Source: Camelus dromedarius
Lineage: Eukaryota
Length of the DNA: 64,000 bases
Direction: 5' to 3'
Assembly (NCBI RefSeq): GCF_036321535.1
Contig: NC_087447.1
Span: forward strand, 36,954,001 to 37,018,000
The position numbers and the translations under genes are program-made. The notes under the pieces are model-generated. The model was not told the origin of the DNA. It worked only from the letters and a program-made list of their open reading frames with translations, and searched no databases. This document shows positions 12,001 to 25,664 of the stretch, piece after piece (position 1 is the first letter of the stretch; each line of letters starts with the position of its first letter).

Positions 12001-15000
12001 ATGTCTTCCTGCTGCCTGATCTAAGTGTCCCAGTTTACATTATGGCCTTTACTGCCTCTGTTTGATGGAGTGATCAGTAAAAATTTAATGACACTATAAA
12101 ATAATAAAAATGTCATTAATTTACCACGGATCTTGGATGCAGTGGTTGTAAAGTTACATTAATAAACAGAATATTTTTTACAACAAAAAGCATTGTTACG
12201 TGGGAACGTATAAATAACACACATAAATTTAAGAGCAATTTTACTGTTAGCACACACATTATTATGGAATAGCCAATAAGTGTATAAAACATAGTATATA
12301 AAATTTTATTAAAATATACTGTGCACATCAAAAATTCAGCTTTTATCTAAGTGCAAAGAAAAGCCATTATTGTGTGCTTACTGTTTCATTGCTGTTCTTT
12401 CCCCATATCACAATTTTACATTTGTTGCCAGTAAGAGGAAGTTGATTTTTTTTTCCTAGATGAAAACAAACCTCTGTTTTTTTTTTTTTTTTTTAGTTAC
12501 CTCAAATTCATTCTGTCTCTCCATCGATGCAAAGACAGACTTGATCAATCTTGCCATGGTAGGAAGGGAAAAGTTGCTAATTTAATGCAAAGTTAAAAAT
12601 AATGCCTGAGGAATTGAATGGTTTGTTCAGTGACTCTGGAAATAAGGGATAATAATGCAGCAGTCTATCTGTCATCAGTGAGGCTGCCCCGTCATTGACT
12701 CTGATAATATGTGAAGATGATGGATGCTACCGTCTTGTGGCTTGTAACATTTAACATTCATCAGCTCTCACTAAAGGGGGCTTTATCATTTAAATATCTT
12801 TATTTAATATGCAACATCTACCTCATACATCATAATTTCAAAGCACTTAGAGAGCCAACAATCCTACAACACAGCAGAGCTGACTTTAATTTTTTTCAAT
12901 AACTTTTATGTTGCCTGCATGTTTGTGACTGACAATGCATAAGTAAGTGTCTGATCACATCGCTGCATGTAAAATGTACATTTCACTGTCATCATGAAGG
13001 TTGGGGATTTTTCCCGCGTGGGGGGCGTTGAGATTAAATTAGCTTTGAGGTGATCTCCAAAATATCTACTTGGGAACTGTGTATGTTGTGAGAGCTAGTT
13101 CAAGTGCATGGAAAACTTAGATTACGAGCTTGCTGCCCACAGCCTGTATTTGTTCCATATAGGGGCATACCCATTGGAACTTAATGGCCAAAAGTTGAGA
13201 CCTCTTGGAACTGAAGTATCTTTGAACTTCTTTCTGTGCCCATGTCCACATCCTGTATTTACTAGACTCATGTTCAACCTCACTGGTAAAATCTTTGCTT
13301 AGCTCAGCTGCCCAGAGCTAACTTGTAGACATCAGGCTCTCTTATCTTATGGTTATGTGGCTGGCAAATAAATATTCGGAGCTATTCTTTGAAGAAAAGA
13401 AGGAAATCTTCTGGGAGACTAGGTAGAAATTTATATGAAAAGGCATGGCTTTGCAGGGCCCTTCTTTAATCTCAAACACAAGTGCTTAATATTACCAAAT
13501 ATAAAATGCAGCCCACTGCCCAAAACAATTTTTATCATTGATTTATTTTCTGCCTATTTAACAAGTGTTTCATGGGATATTCTTCCTTCACTTCTACTCT
13601 GTCAAAATATCGATGTTTTATAAGGAAAGTATCTCTGCAGAGAATTTTTTTTTCAATGAAGTCAGAAAAATTTATGACTTCAAAGACACTGTGAATGTGT
13701 TGTTGAATGTTCTGAATGTTTTTTGTTATGATTAAAAACAAGCTGATACTACTGAATTGTGAGTGCACTTCATTTTTTATAAAAGAAAAGATATTATCAT
13801 CATGTAAGCTTTGTTGTCTTAGGATTTTACAAACCATGGCATGTAATTTTCCCTCTTCTCCTTCCTTGTCAAAATATTGATATTCTTTCAGGAACTTTAT
13901 TTTTTTTTACTGAGAATATTTTCCGGTAAAATCAAAGAGAATGAATGACTAGAAAGATACTTTAAATATGCATATTGATAGGTAGCACGGTCTGTTGATT
14001 TTCAGAGAAAGTTGTTTTTCCCCCCATGAAAATACAGCTAAAGGTTGTTCTTCCAAGAAGATTGCAGGTGTCACATCAAAACTCCTTTTGCATTTAACAT
14101 AGGGAAAGCATTCACACGCAAATATTTGAAATGCAAAACAATGTGGTAAAACAAAGGTTGAATATTTTGCTTTCCCTGGTACTACTCATCTTCACTTTAA
14201 TTCTTTTTCTTTACATCATGACAACTGAAAGTGCTATTCAAAAATAGAAATTGGCTGATTAAAAGCAGCTGTCCGCCCGTCCCCCCGCAACGTGTGAAAC
14301 TCCCACATGGCTTGTGGTTGCTTTTTGTCGTGGCCTGCATCTGGGTCAATTTGTTCTCGTGCAGCAGTATTTTAATATAAGGAGATATTGGGGAACCGTA
14401 CCTAATTTGCTTTTTATTTTCATTCAGTTTTTTGTAAGTATCGTATTTCAGAAGTTTCCCCACATACCGCTACTGTAACTAGTTAGTATTACCCGGTGGG
14501 GGAAATTCATGATTATAATTTTGTTGCAGATCTTTCATAGAAATCATGCTAGATTAAAGCAAGGTTTATGCTGTGTTTTCTTCCAACACAGATTTCAACG
14601 TATTCTATGATGAAGGGGAACTGGAAGACTTCCTGCACAATTTGACTGATGGGAATTAATTATAGAAATATAATGATATTCAAAAATAATCATATTAGAA
14701 AGCACAAATGTAGTGAGACTGTACAAATGAGACACAGCCTCTATCAAGTAATTGTATGTTTGCTCTTTAAGAATATTTCCAAGTTTCTAAACATCTTACA
14801 GAAGAGAACGCTCAGAGTGTTTCCATCTAATGCCGAACATGCTCAGTACAGAACTAGGTCATTGAACAATAGACTGAACAGCAATCAGCACTCTACTGCT
14901 GCATAATGCATTAAGTATAACATGCAGAAACCATTCCCGGAGCTGGAAGCTGCTATTTCATGTCTGTAAATTCAAGCTGACATGACGTTTAATATTGTTT

Positions 15001-15822
15001 CATAGTAATGAACAACAAGGTCTCATTCATTCATAAGCACAACACAAAGCCAAGTTGAATCTGGAGAGTAGCAAGGAGGAGAGAAGGGGCACACACTGCT
15101 GTGCTTCTGCAGACAAGAACACCATGTTAATGATGGTCAGTGAGCCCTCTGCTACTGATCCAGAGAGCTGCAGAGGGAGAGTTCATTGTGATGTTTCAGA
15201 CTCCTGCTCCTAGAAGAACAGGCTAACAAGTAAAACATCTTTGGGTTTCCCTACTATAGCGGCAGAAGTATTTCTAGGAATGATGTCCTCCGTCAGTTTC
15301 ACTTCCCAGGAAGTTACAGTTGAAATTCCTAGGCAAACTAATAGTATCAATGGCATCGTGGAGTCTGCCTGCTTTGAGATGTTTGTTTTTGAAATCTTCT
15401 TGCCTAAAATTCTGATTCGTATTTTTCCAGGAGTACCAATGCAAAGTTTGATCTCTCAATGGGAAATTTCCTCTCCTATTAAATAATAGTATATTTTAAT
15501 GGAAACTGCCCTTTCAAGTTTTGTACTTTCTCGATTGCATTCCTTTTAGATTACTGGAGCAAATCCAGCAGGGAGAAGATGTGCAGTACAGCCCTGGCAG
15601 GTTTCCTGTCGCAAATTTTCTTTCCTCACAGGTACTACAGTTTAGGTGCTGTTGGCCCTCTCAATGCCACAAACAGGCTTTAGCAAAAGATTTTCTGAGC
15701 CCAGGTTGGTCAGAAATAATGTTTATAAATTCAAATCTTATCCATTAAGCAAGATAGAAACTGGAAGGAAAAAGTGGCTGCTCTGGAAGCTAGAATAAGC
15801 CTTTGATTATTCTTTCCTCTAG

Positions 15823-15975
<153 letters not shown>

Positions 15976-17734
15976 TAAGGGTGTGTCAGAGTTAGGGGTA
16001 GGATCTTTATGGCCTTTCTTGGGAGTCACCTCTTAGGTTTCCTTGGCAAAGCAGAGGAGATGTTCGTCCTCATTATATGTTACAGTTCAGGACGCTGAGA
16101 TTTAGCTAGATCCTATGTTACTGAGCACATAACAATCCAAATATTTCAAGGTTCTATTTTTAAGTTTTAAACTAAAAGAACCCTCTACATTCCAATGAAC
16201 AACAGAATTCTGCGTTTCTTCCACCTCACTGAATTCTTGTTAAAAAAAAGGACAAACATACACAGGAGGACTTTTTAGCCCCAAATCAAGAGATTCCCAG
16301 GTGCAATGGAACTTATTAGGAAACTAAATGATAGTGTGCAGCAGATTTAGCATAAAATTAAAAATTGCTTGGGCCAGATTCAGCCTGTGTCTGGGCACTA
16401 ACCATTATAAAGTCTTTTGAAAGTCTGGAGGGAAAGACCAGTGTTACTCTCAGTGTGTTTACCCACAGGACTGTCAATGCCTGTCCGCTCCTCTTCCCTT
16501 TTTGTTTGTTTGTTTTAAACGCACAAGCAGCAAATCAGCAGAAATTGCTCCCCAGAGGCTGGGTACAATTTATGAGTTAGGTCAGCACTTCAGTAGTAAT
16601 GTTGCCTGGTTATTTACTGTGTCATCACAGAGTAGGGACTGGTTTTCCCGTTAGCTGTTCCTTTGGCAGAATCCCTCCCACCAGTCAGGGAAGATTAATT
16701 TGTTCTCTTCAGAGTAACACAATACTTTATCCATCTCGGGTCCCAGCTGAAGTCCTTCTTTAGCTTGAGAGGAAGAATTCTACTGTTATTCCTTTTACTG
16801 GCAGGATTTCATCCAGGACCCTAATCCCTTGAAAACACACGAAGACATTTCATAGCAGCATCTGAACTAGGCATGGCTTCTAGTGATAGCTTGGGGCCAT
16901 CCTAGGCAGTTCAGAAATCCCTGGCATGAGCACTAAGAGATGGGTAGTATCAGACACTAGGAAGCACTTCAGGGAGTTTTCAGAAGGCAGATTTTTCATA
17001 CCAGTAGGAGAGACTAACGTTTAATGATAGTCCAGGGGCCAAGGTGTTAAACTCTGATTGGTATGTGGGGGGAGGGGGAGGGAAAGGGAGGGAAGAGGAA
17101 ATGGAAAATGAAGAGGCAGAGGAGCAGGAAAGGAGGAATAAAGAGGACTCAGAACCAGAAATACACTCACTGTCTTCCATGAAAAATGTGTGCTGAGGGC
17201 ACAGTGCCACTGACGTTTTTACAGGCACTTACAAGTGCAGGGTTTTTCCCCCGGTGAAGACTGAGATTCTGCGGTCTAGGGAGTTATTCAGGTCTGGCCC
17301 ATCTCAATTTTGTTGGAAGATTGTACTGTGGAGTACCTATATCTTTAACCAGACACAATGAAATAATACTTTTCATCACTTTGGAGTATTCAGTCTGTTC
17401 ATTTTTTCATAAACTAGGAGTTACATCTCCTTGTCCTTGTTCTAACAAGATTTTTCTTAATCTGTCATTCACCTTTCTTCATTTGGTTTCTTTCTTAACT
17501 GTATAATGGGTATGAATATAGTTATTTACCTCTCCCTAGTGCTGATAACCTAGTTGATGATGGCATTTGCTTGGTAAGTTAAAAATCATACTTTGAGTTA
17601 TTAACCATTATGAAAAGAAAAAATGAAAAAACAACTGTAAAGAAACATACTGTATAGAAATATCTTTGGGAATTCCATTCAATACCCAGGTTTTCTGAAT
17701 CCAAACCAATTTCCTGGTTACTCTGCTTTTTTTA

Positions 17735-17972
17735 AGCAAACATTTATCAAGCACTTACGTGCTAGAGAACGTGCTAGACTTTTAGTGCATATTTTCTCAT
17801 TTAAATCATATACAACTCTGTAAAGAAGGTATTTTTCTTCCATTTTACAGATGAGAAAATTAAGGCTGAGAATAATTGACTTGCCGCAGGTCACAGAGCT
17901 AGTAAGGCTAGAGCTGGGAGTTGATCCTGGGCAGCCTGACTCCAGAGCCCCAGACCCGAAGCACTGTGCTGT
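17735..17972 (-). mobile_element. MIR SINE (near full length)
   Basis: ccattttacagatgagaaaattaaggctgaga...acttgccgcaggtcacagagctagtaaggctagagctgggagttgatcctgggcagcctgactccagagccc matches the reverse-complement MIR consensus. Confidence 0.9.
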
Positions 17973-18574
17973 CCTGCACCCCCTGTACATACAGATACAC
18001 ATGCGGTGCCTTCATTTCTCTGAACAAACTCCTTGTGACCTTCCTCAGTATGGCCCATTTCCTCTCCCCTAAATATAGCAAGTCATGCCATGCACCAGCT
18101 CTCGTGTTACTCTGTCACACACAGCAGCAATGCCTGACGAGTGTAATCGTAGAAGGGCTGTAGTGGCCCAGGAGCTTAAGGAGCGTGTGAAAATCTCCCT
18201 TCCGAAGCTTGCCCAGAGCTGCCATTGAGACCTCGTGTGCTTTTGGGGGACTGTGAGTTCATGAATGGAGTCAGGTTACCTGCTCTAATACCGACAGAAG
18301 TGCAGTGCCTTTGTGAGGACTGCTGGGATGGGCAGCAGCCTTCTGCTGACTTCAGGATATTTCCTGGCGTCTGTTCAAGCGTATGCTGATTACAAAGCCT
18401 GCTGGAGTTACAGTTCATCTTAAAGTCAGAGTAGATAACAGGTATGCATAATACCTTCTGCACTTTGCTCCTCCATATTTCCCTTATGAGGAGGAAGGAG
18501 GGACTGAAGTGAAAGAATACCTAAAAAATCTGTTCACTCCTTCAGTCAGTCTGTGGGCTGAAAACAAACAGACA

Positions 18575-18760
18575 GACATTTCTTGAGTGCCTGGTCTGTG
18601 TGCCAGTCCCTAAATCAGACACTGGATAAACCAAAGGAAGCAAAACAAATATGTTCCTGACCTCTTGGAACTTAAAGTCTAGTGAAGGAAGACAGAAGAT
18701 TAAAAGGAAAATGCATACAAAGATAAGACAGATATAATTATCACTGAGAAAATTGCTAAG
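18575..18760 (-). mobile_element. L2 3' fragment
   Basis: acatttcttgagtgcctggtctgtgtgccag...tcctgacctcttggaacttaaagtctagtgaaggaagacaga. Confidence 0.7.
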
Positions 18761-18924
18761 AAAATTAAGCCTTTGTTCCCCACAGAGATTCCGAGTGAAA
18801 GCTACTTAGGTGAGATCGATCCATTCGCTGCTGAGTTTTGCAGATTTTGCCCAGGATGTCTTCTTCCCTTCTTAGTCCACCCATCATCATCTCCATGCTT
18901 CCTCTGACTTTGGACCAACAGTTA

Positions 18925-19585
18925 ATTTTTTTTCCAGCTTTATTGAGATATAATTAACATATATATAACATCGGTGCAAATTTAAGGTGTCGACCTGATG
19001 ATTTGTTACACGTATGTATTGGGAAATGATTACCACAATAAGGCTAGTTAACACCACACTTCACAAGTTACCTTTTTTTCGATGAGAAAATTATAAAACT
19101 ACTCTCTTAGCAGCTTTCAAGTATATAAGACACTGTTCTTATCTATAGTCACCCTGTTGTGTACTAGATCCTCAGTATAACTAGTTTATTCCCTTCGACC
19201 AGCATCTCCGCATTGCCCCCATGCCCTAGTCCCTGGAAGCCATAATTCTACTCTCTGTTTCTGAGTTCAGCCTTTTTAGATTCACACATATGTGAGATTG
19301 TGTAGTATTTGTCTTTTTCCATCTGACTTCACTTAGTGTAATGCCTTCAGGATCCATCCATGTTGTTGCAAATGGCAGGGTTTCCTTCTATTTTTAATCG
19401 ATGAATAATATTTATATCACATACTATTATATAATAATATGTAATATAAATATATACATTCATAATATATAAATGACAAATATATCATCACATGAATAAT
19501 ATGTATATAACATTTTCTTTATTCCATTCATCTGTTAATATATACTTAGGTTGTTAAATGTCTTTCCTATTGTGAATAATGCATA
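18925..19585 (-). mobile_element. L1 3' end (L1MA-like, boreoeutherian/laurasiatherian age)
   Basis: T-tail followed by ccagctttattgagatataattaacat...gtatttgtctttttccatctgacttcacttagtgtaatgccttcaggatccatccatgttgttgcaaatggcagg. Confidence 0.85.
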
Positions 19586-22500
19586 ACAATAACTTTAAGG
19601 GATTATGCCCTTTTTCCTTTTTCGCCCCATTCTCCTTTATTGCTTCTGAAGTGACTAAAGTAAGCCTGGCTTACAAGGAAAATGTTTGCCAGTTGTAAAA
19701 ATGCCGGTATCGCTCAGTAAGCAACTTGTAGACCTGTTTCATAGTTTTGAGCGTGGAAGCAGCAAGGGAAAGGTCACCAAAAGAGGCAGCTGTGCATGTG
19801 TATTAACCACTCATCAAAAATCAAATGACAAAACCATACGCCAGGAAAACAGAAATTAAAAATATAAAAGGCAAATGTCTTCAAAATTTTATTTTTAAAG
19901 TCCAGCTGTTATTTGGCTTGAATATGACAAGACAGCATTTCTTGTTCATCATGATATTTATAAAACTACCAATTCATTGGTGCTGGGGGCTTAGGAAACA
20001 TGTTTAAGGTTTGTTACACTTTGGAGCATTTGAAGGCTTTTTATGTATTGAGTACACAAAATTTGTTAGGTCCTGTGTAAGGCATGTAAGAAAGGAAGGA
20101 CTCAATTAGTTGAGTCTGTCACCCTGCATTAAGAATGATGAACAGATGTTCAACTTTTTATGGACTTTTCATATGGCATTTCCACTCTCCTCATTCTTCT
20201 TAGGCAAGAGTTCAGTTCTTGTCCCAACTCTCTCCTAATTTCAGGGTCACTAAGTATAGCAGAAAGGGCTCTGGCCTGGTTATTGGGATATTTGGCTTAA
20301 AGTTCCTTTGCTAAATGAAGGCAAATAAGTGACTAATGCCTCTGGGCTTAACTTTCTTTATCTTTTAAAAGAAGTATGTTGGATTCCATTATCTCCAGGG
20401 TCCCCTCCAAATCCAAGATTATTACTAGGGTCTTCATGAAATACAGAGTGTGTTTCTTATAAGAAAGGTGATCTGTCCACGATACCTTCCACTCAGTATT
20501 TTTTTCAGGGAAATAAAAGAGGAGACTAATAATACCTTTGAGAGTATGTTTGCACCACTTGCTGAATCGTGTTTTCAAGTCCCTTGATCTTTTCTTTTTA
20601 CTGATGAGAAGATCTCTCTAGTAGCATTTCCTGATTACCTTTCACAGATGGAGCCCCGCTCTTCTTTTCCTTTCCTCTCCTTCTTTTCCCCTGGCAACCA
20701 TAGTTGTAGCTCGCCTTCTTTTTTATGTTCTTTCCCTCCTATTTCTTCCCCCTCACACACCTGGGGTCCCTAAAGGGATACTGTTCTTTTTTTCTGTTTC
20801 ACCAAATAGTTTGGGTAAGAAAGTATTCCTCTAACACTTCTTTTACTTCTCAAATTCAGTTTTTGTGTCCCAGCCTCGGAGGGAGGCCACACCTCATTTT
20901 GATGTGGGGCATAGTGGAGCATGAGCTCTGGGAGGAATGAGCTCTGAAAGTGATTAGTATTAGGCAGGCTTTTGGACCCTGGGTTGGAACTATAATGATG
21001 TGCTGTCTTCCATGTATTAAAAACTTGCATTGATTTGAATGGAAATGGATATGTGCACCAAGAATAGCCCCTTTTAGAACTGTTGCTCTCAGAGTCTCAG
21101 ATTTGCTTAGAAAGGTTTTATAGATTTGTACTGAGTTTGTGAATTGGATCCCAGCCAAGATGGCCCTAACCCTTCTGAAAGCTTCATTTTTTATTTATTT
21201 ATTTTTGTGTGTGTGAACTTCTGATTGCTTCTAAGTTCTAAATCTCAGGATAACTTTATTATTGTCAACTTAAGCTCTCTGTTTATAGACAAATAACAGA
21301 GACTGCAACTTTTCCTCTTTTTCCCCCAAAATGCACCATGTCTTCTCTTAAAAATTCTGCTTACCCTTTGATCCATACTCTGGGAAATCTTTGAAGCTTT
21401 TCTCATTTCCTTTCCCCTCCCTGCATCCTTACTCATGGTAGAAAAGGAAGATTGACTCAGTGATACATGGCTCATTCAAGGCAGCAGAGGCAAGCTGCAG
21501 CATAATCTGGGGTGGGATTTAAAGGCTACATCTGCTTACGCTTTGGAATGTAAAGGTCATTATTAGTTCAAGCCCACCAGAATATAGTGTTTCACATCAC
21601 AACACTTAGATTCTCAGAACTGGAATAAAGGAGAGACGTAATCAAATGTACAATTCCATCCAAGACATCCCTTTTTACATCCCAGACAAGTAGTCATCTC
21701 ACTTCTGTTCAAATGCCTCAGTCTAATGACAGAAAACTGACTACTTCTTGAGAAGTTCATTTCAGTTCTGATTATTAATTCTTTGTTATTTGTCTGCTTC
21801 CTTGTAACTTCTACCCATTGATTCTCGTCTGACTTTTGGATTCCAACAAGATAAAACTTAACACTTCTCCACATGTCTCCCCTTCAGGAAACTTAACTTC
21901 GCGTCATTCCACCCTAAGCAAGTCATCTTCTTTCCCTGAATGTTCTCAGCCGTAGGTGAGGAAGTTGGGCTAGATGACTTCTAGTCAATAGTTTTTTTAA
22001 CTGTTATTCTACTGCCTTACAATTGAAATAATTCACCTTCAATTCAACTAGGAGGTAAAAAGTTTCAATTAGGGACCATGCCATCTTTTAAATAAGTGAA
22101 ATTATTATAGAAATATATCCAGGATGAGACATCTTTGTCCAATAAGGTGTCCAAGTACTAGAGTATACACCAGGAATAAAAGATGAGGAATTATACTGTT
22201 TAAAGACCCGTGTAAATCAGAAGGGAGCACTAACCAGAGCCTTGCTGTGGGCTTATGGGTCTGCCCTTTCAAAGCTGCCGAAAACAGTGTTTCCAGGCAG
22301 CTCAGTGAAATGAATAAGTGAAGCAGTCTATATGCAACCAGCAGCCTGAGGTCTGAGGCCAGGACGGGTGGCCTGGAAGACCCGAGACATGGTAAGGACT
22401 GAGTAACAGCTTCCCAGGCTAGGAGATAAGCAGAGTTCACAAAGCCCTTGGCTCTGGACTAACTCTGTTGTATGAGTATCACAAAAATGTATTTTACTGT

Positions 22501-23789
22501 GGATATAAACAGTTTTAGAGGATCCTGTGCACCAGTTTATATCAGCACTATATATAAAGTGCAGCTCTCTTAAACAAGCAAATAAACTTCTCTTAAAGAA
22601 ATATATTTGCTGTGACTTAAAAGCTCCCAAATAACTTTTAATGTTGGTTGAAAACAATTTCCATTGAACTCTCCAAGTGATGGATAGTCCTGATGGGACA
22701 AGAGAGTGAAATGTCAAGATTCTTGTATAACTCCATCCTCTAAGACTCCATAAAGGGAGCTCAGAGTTGCTTAAGCTAGAAAGCCCAATCAAAGACCTAG
22801 CCTTCCTTTAGGGAGGAACCTAGCCCTGTCCAATAGCTGGTTTCTCAGTGAGCTGCCTTCTCTGAAGAGGTATCACTGACAGTGTATATAATCACCACGC
22901 ACACACACAAAATTATCTAGTTTTCTGGGTGAATATCCTCTGTTCTGGGGAAGAAATGCTTGTCTGTGCCATTACTGAATCACACAGATTGCTACAGCAA
23001 CTGGGCGACAAAAGATTTAACACCATCTATTGTGAAAATTAGACCCAAGACAAGAGCAGCCGGCATGTGTTCCCAGTGGGACTGCAGAATCAGTCTGTGT
23101 TTCCTCAGCAGTATGTACGTCTGCTTCCCATAAACCAACACATTAGACTAAACCCTGGCTGATAGAGGTCTATCTGCCATGTTTGGACTGACTGTGTAGC
23201 TTTCGAGGTGTGGAGCTCATCTAATTCCCTGTCCCAGAACCCTCTTCTCTCGGCAGCAAGAGCTACTTGACTTCCCATCTGCAGGCTCTGGAATCCAGCC
23301 CAGCCTTGGGCTGGTGCAGCGTAAAGAGCATCAGGCCAGTTTGGTGCGCTCTTTAAATTCTCTCCGCTTAGAGTCAGGACTGAATTTGAGACCAGCCTTT
23401 TATTTTCTTTTCCTGATTGGTCTTTTCCTTCTTTTCAAGTTATGATAACTGCGCTTCTGACTTATTCCATAAAGTAGATACCCACCAGCTCTCCCCTGTG
23501 TTCTGTTACTGAATTCCTTCCTTTTTTTTCTTTAATTAAGAAATTCTTATCTTCAAATATCTCCCTCTTTTAGGTTCATCATTTCATTTTACTCTGCTTG
23601 TCTATCACTGTTTGCTCACACACACTATCTGTCATTTCCTAGTCTTTAGAGGTGGTTCTCTGTACCCTGAGTCACCAGTACTGATAGCCAGGTCTTTCCA
23701 GTCAGGATCTGTCTCTACTCAGAGTCCCCCAGTTTCAGTTTTACCCACATGTTTAAGTTGTAATTTACTGATTATCTTTTTTGTACATA

Positions 23790-24300
23790 GCACTGTTATG
23801 GGCACGGAGAGAATGATTTTTTAAAAGATGGACTATACTGTATTCTCCAAGAGCTAGTAATATAGCTGGGATAATAATATTAGCATACACAGAAAGCAGA
23901 GCAGCCTAAGGTGTTGTGTGTTTAAGTACATCATTAGAGAAACAGAAAAGAGTGCTGTTTAGAAAAGAAAGCTACAGTGCTTTGTAGACAGCAATAATTC
24001 TGGAAGGCCTGATAGGAATATAGCTGGGGATAAGCCTAGGTTTGGGTTTTAAAAAGAGGAGAAAAACTTTCAATTGAGGGAATAAACCAAACAGACACAG
24101 AAACGGTAAAGCACATAGACATTCATAGGAAGTTGCAGAAGGGAAGAGTCACTTCTCATCTCTGTGTTCTCCACCAAGCCCAGTACAGACCCTTCTACAT
24201 GTTCGTACTCAGTAAATGTTTGTTGAATTGTACATGTTGTAAAAATAGCTGGGTTGCGTATTATGGAGGGTCCTGAGTGTCAGGCTGAGGAATTTGGACT
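23790..24300 (-). mobile_element. Degraded L2 fragments, with a short opposite-strand L2 tail near 24150-24230
   Basis: ttctccaagagctagtaatatagctggg...tggagggtcctgagtgtcaggctgaggaatttggacttt; inner tactcagtaaatgtttgttgaat. Confidence 0.55.
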
Positions 24301-25664
24301 TTGCTACCAACTAAACAGACATTAGCCTTTAGTTGTTCAAGACTGTCTTAGATTATGTATAGAGGTTAAAAATAATGGAAAAGCAGCAGTTAGGTTAGCC
24401 TTGGCAATCTGTTAGTCTCTATATTCCTCTGTTCTCTTTAAATGTCCTTTCAGAGGGGATATTCAATGGGTGTCTTTTCGTGTTACATCATGAGAGAGCT
24501 GAGTAGGTGTTAGGAGGGTTTCATTCAAGTCACATTAAAAATGCCCTTTTTGTACCAAATAAAAATAAATAAGTAAATAAAAATACCTTTTCCCCTCTTG
24601 GGTAGAATGCTCATTTACGTGTAATTTCACCTTGCTGTGACTGTTTGATGTCTTGCAGCTCAGTCTCGTTCTTTTGCCTCTCACTAGAGGAGAGTAATTT
24701 TTTTCCAGTTATTTTGTTCAGTGGCTACTTACCCTTAGACCTGATGCCCCAGATTAGGTCGTGGTACCAGAGGGAAGAGATTGTATAAGAATCCATAGGC
24801 ATTTACGCTGTATTGTAGACTGTTACATTTAGGAGTAGGCTGTAAAAAGTAACTCTGAACTAAAACTTAATATCCTAGGTCTCAGCCCTGGAGAGAAGAA
24901 TTTCATAAGCAATATATTCAACCATTTAAAATTTTTACTAAAAATAAAAATGGCTGCTTACTGGTATATGTGTTTACTTTCATGGCAGAGAAATCACTTC
25001 ATGCTTCCTCAATATAAGCTCACTTTTCACTAGGAAGGTTCCTCCTGCATAAGGACAAAATGAAGAAGAGAAACCACAGCTACTCCATGCTGCAGAATTG
25101 CAGAACTGCTAGTAGGGGAGAAAGGAAAATCAACTGTCAAATGTCCCTGAAACTTTTTGCCCTTCATTTATTATACAGTCAATAATTCTAATTCTTTGTT
25201 ATTCCAACAAGTCCTTTATAAAAAGCTGATCCATAAATTCACAAGATAATGGGTTCTTCCTTTTTTTTTTTTTTTTTTTCTGGCTCAGACTGAGCAGCAA
25301 GCATAGTCTGGTTACAGGACTCAGAGGTGGGAACTGGAGAGACATGAGATGGTCTTTTTGATTGCATCTTATGCATATTCAGTGCATTTTAGTTCTATAT
25401 CACAGGGACACTATTGAAATATATTCTTAGCTTTGGGGCAGAAAAGAGGCTCCATTAAGTAGTAAATTGCACTGCACAGCTAAGGGTTCATTTTATCACT
25501 ACCCTGGACAGCAGGACTGTGCATTACAGGAAATATCAGCCAGGTGTGGGGAAAGACTAGACGAGGAGCACATATGAGTTAAGCACCTGCTATGTTCCTG
25601 GTACTAGAATAGACATTCTATTACTTCTCTTGCCATTACTTCTGCTACTATTTCTAAGGGCAAC

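Noticed and set aside
22328..22792. Longest ORF in the track (154 aa, minus strand)
   Set aside because: Non-ATG start, no recognisable domain, antisense within an intron; the length is compatible with chance.
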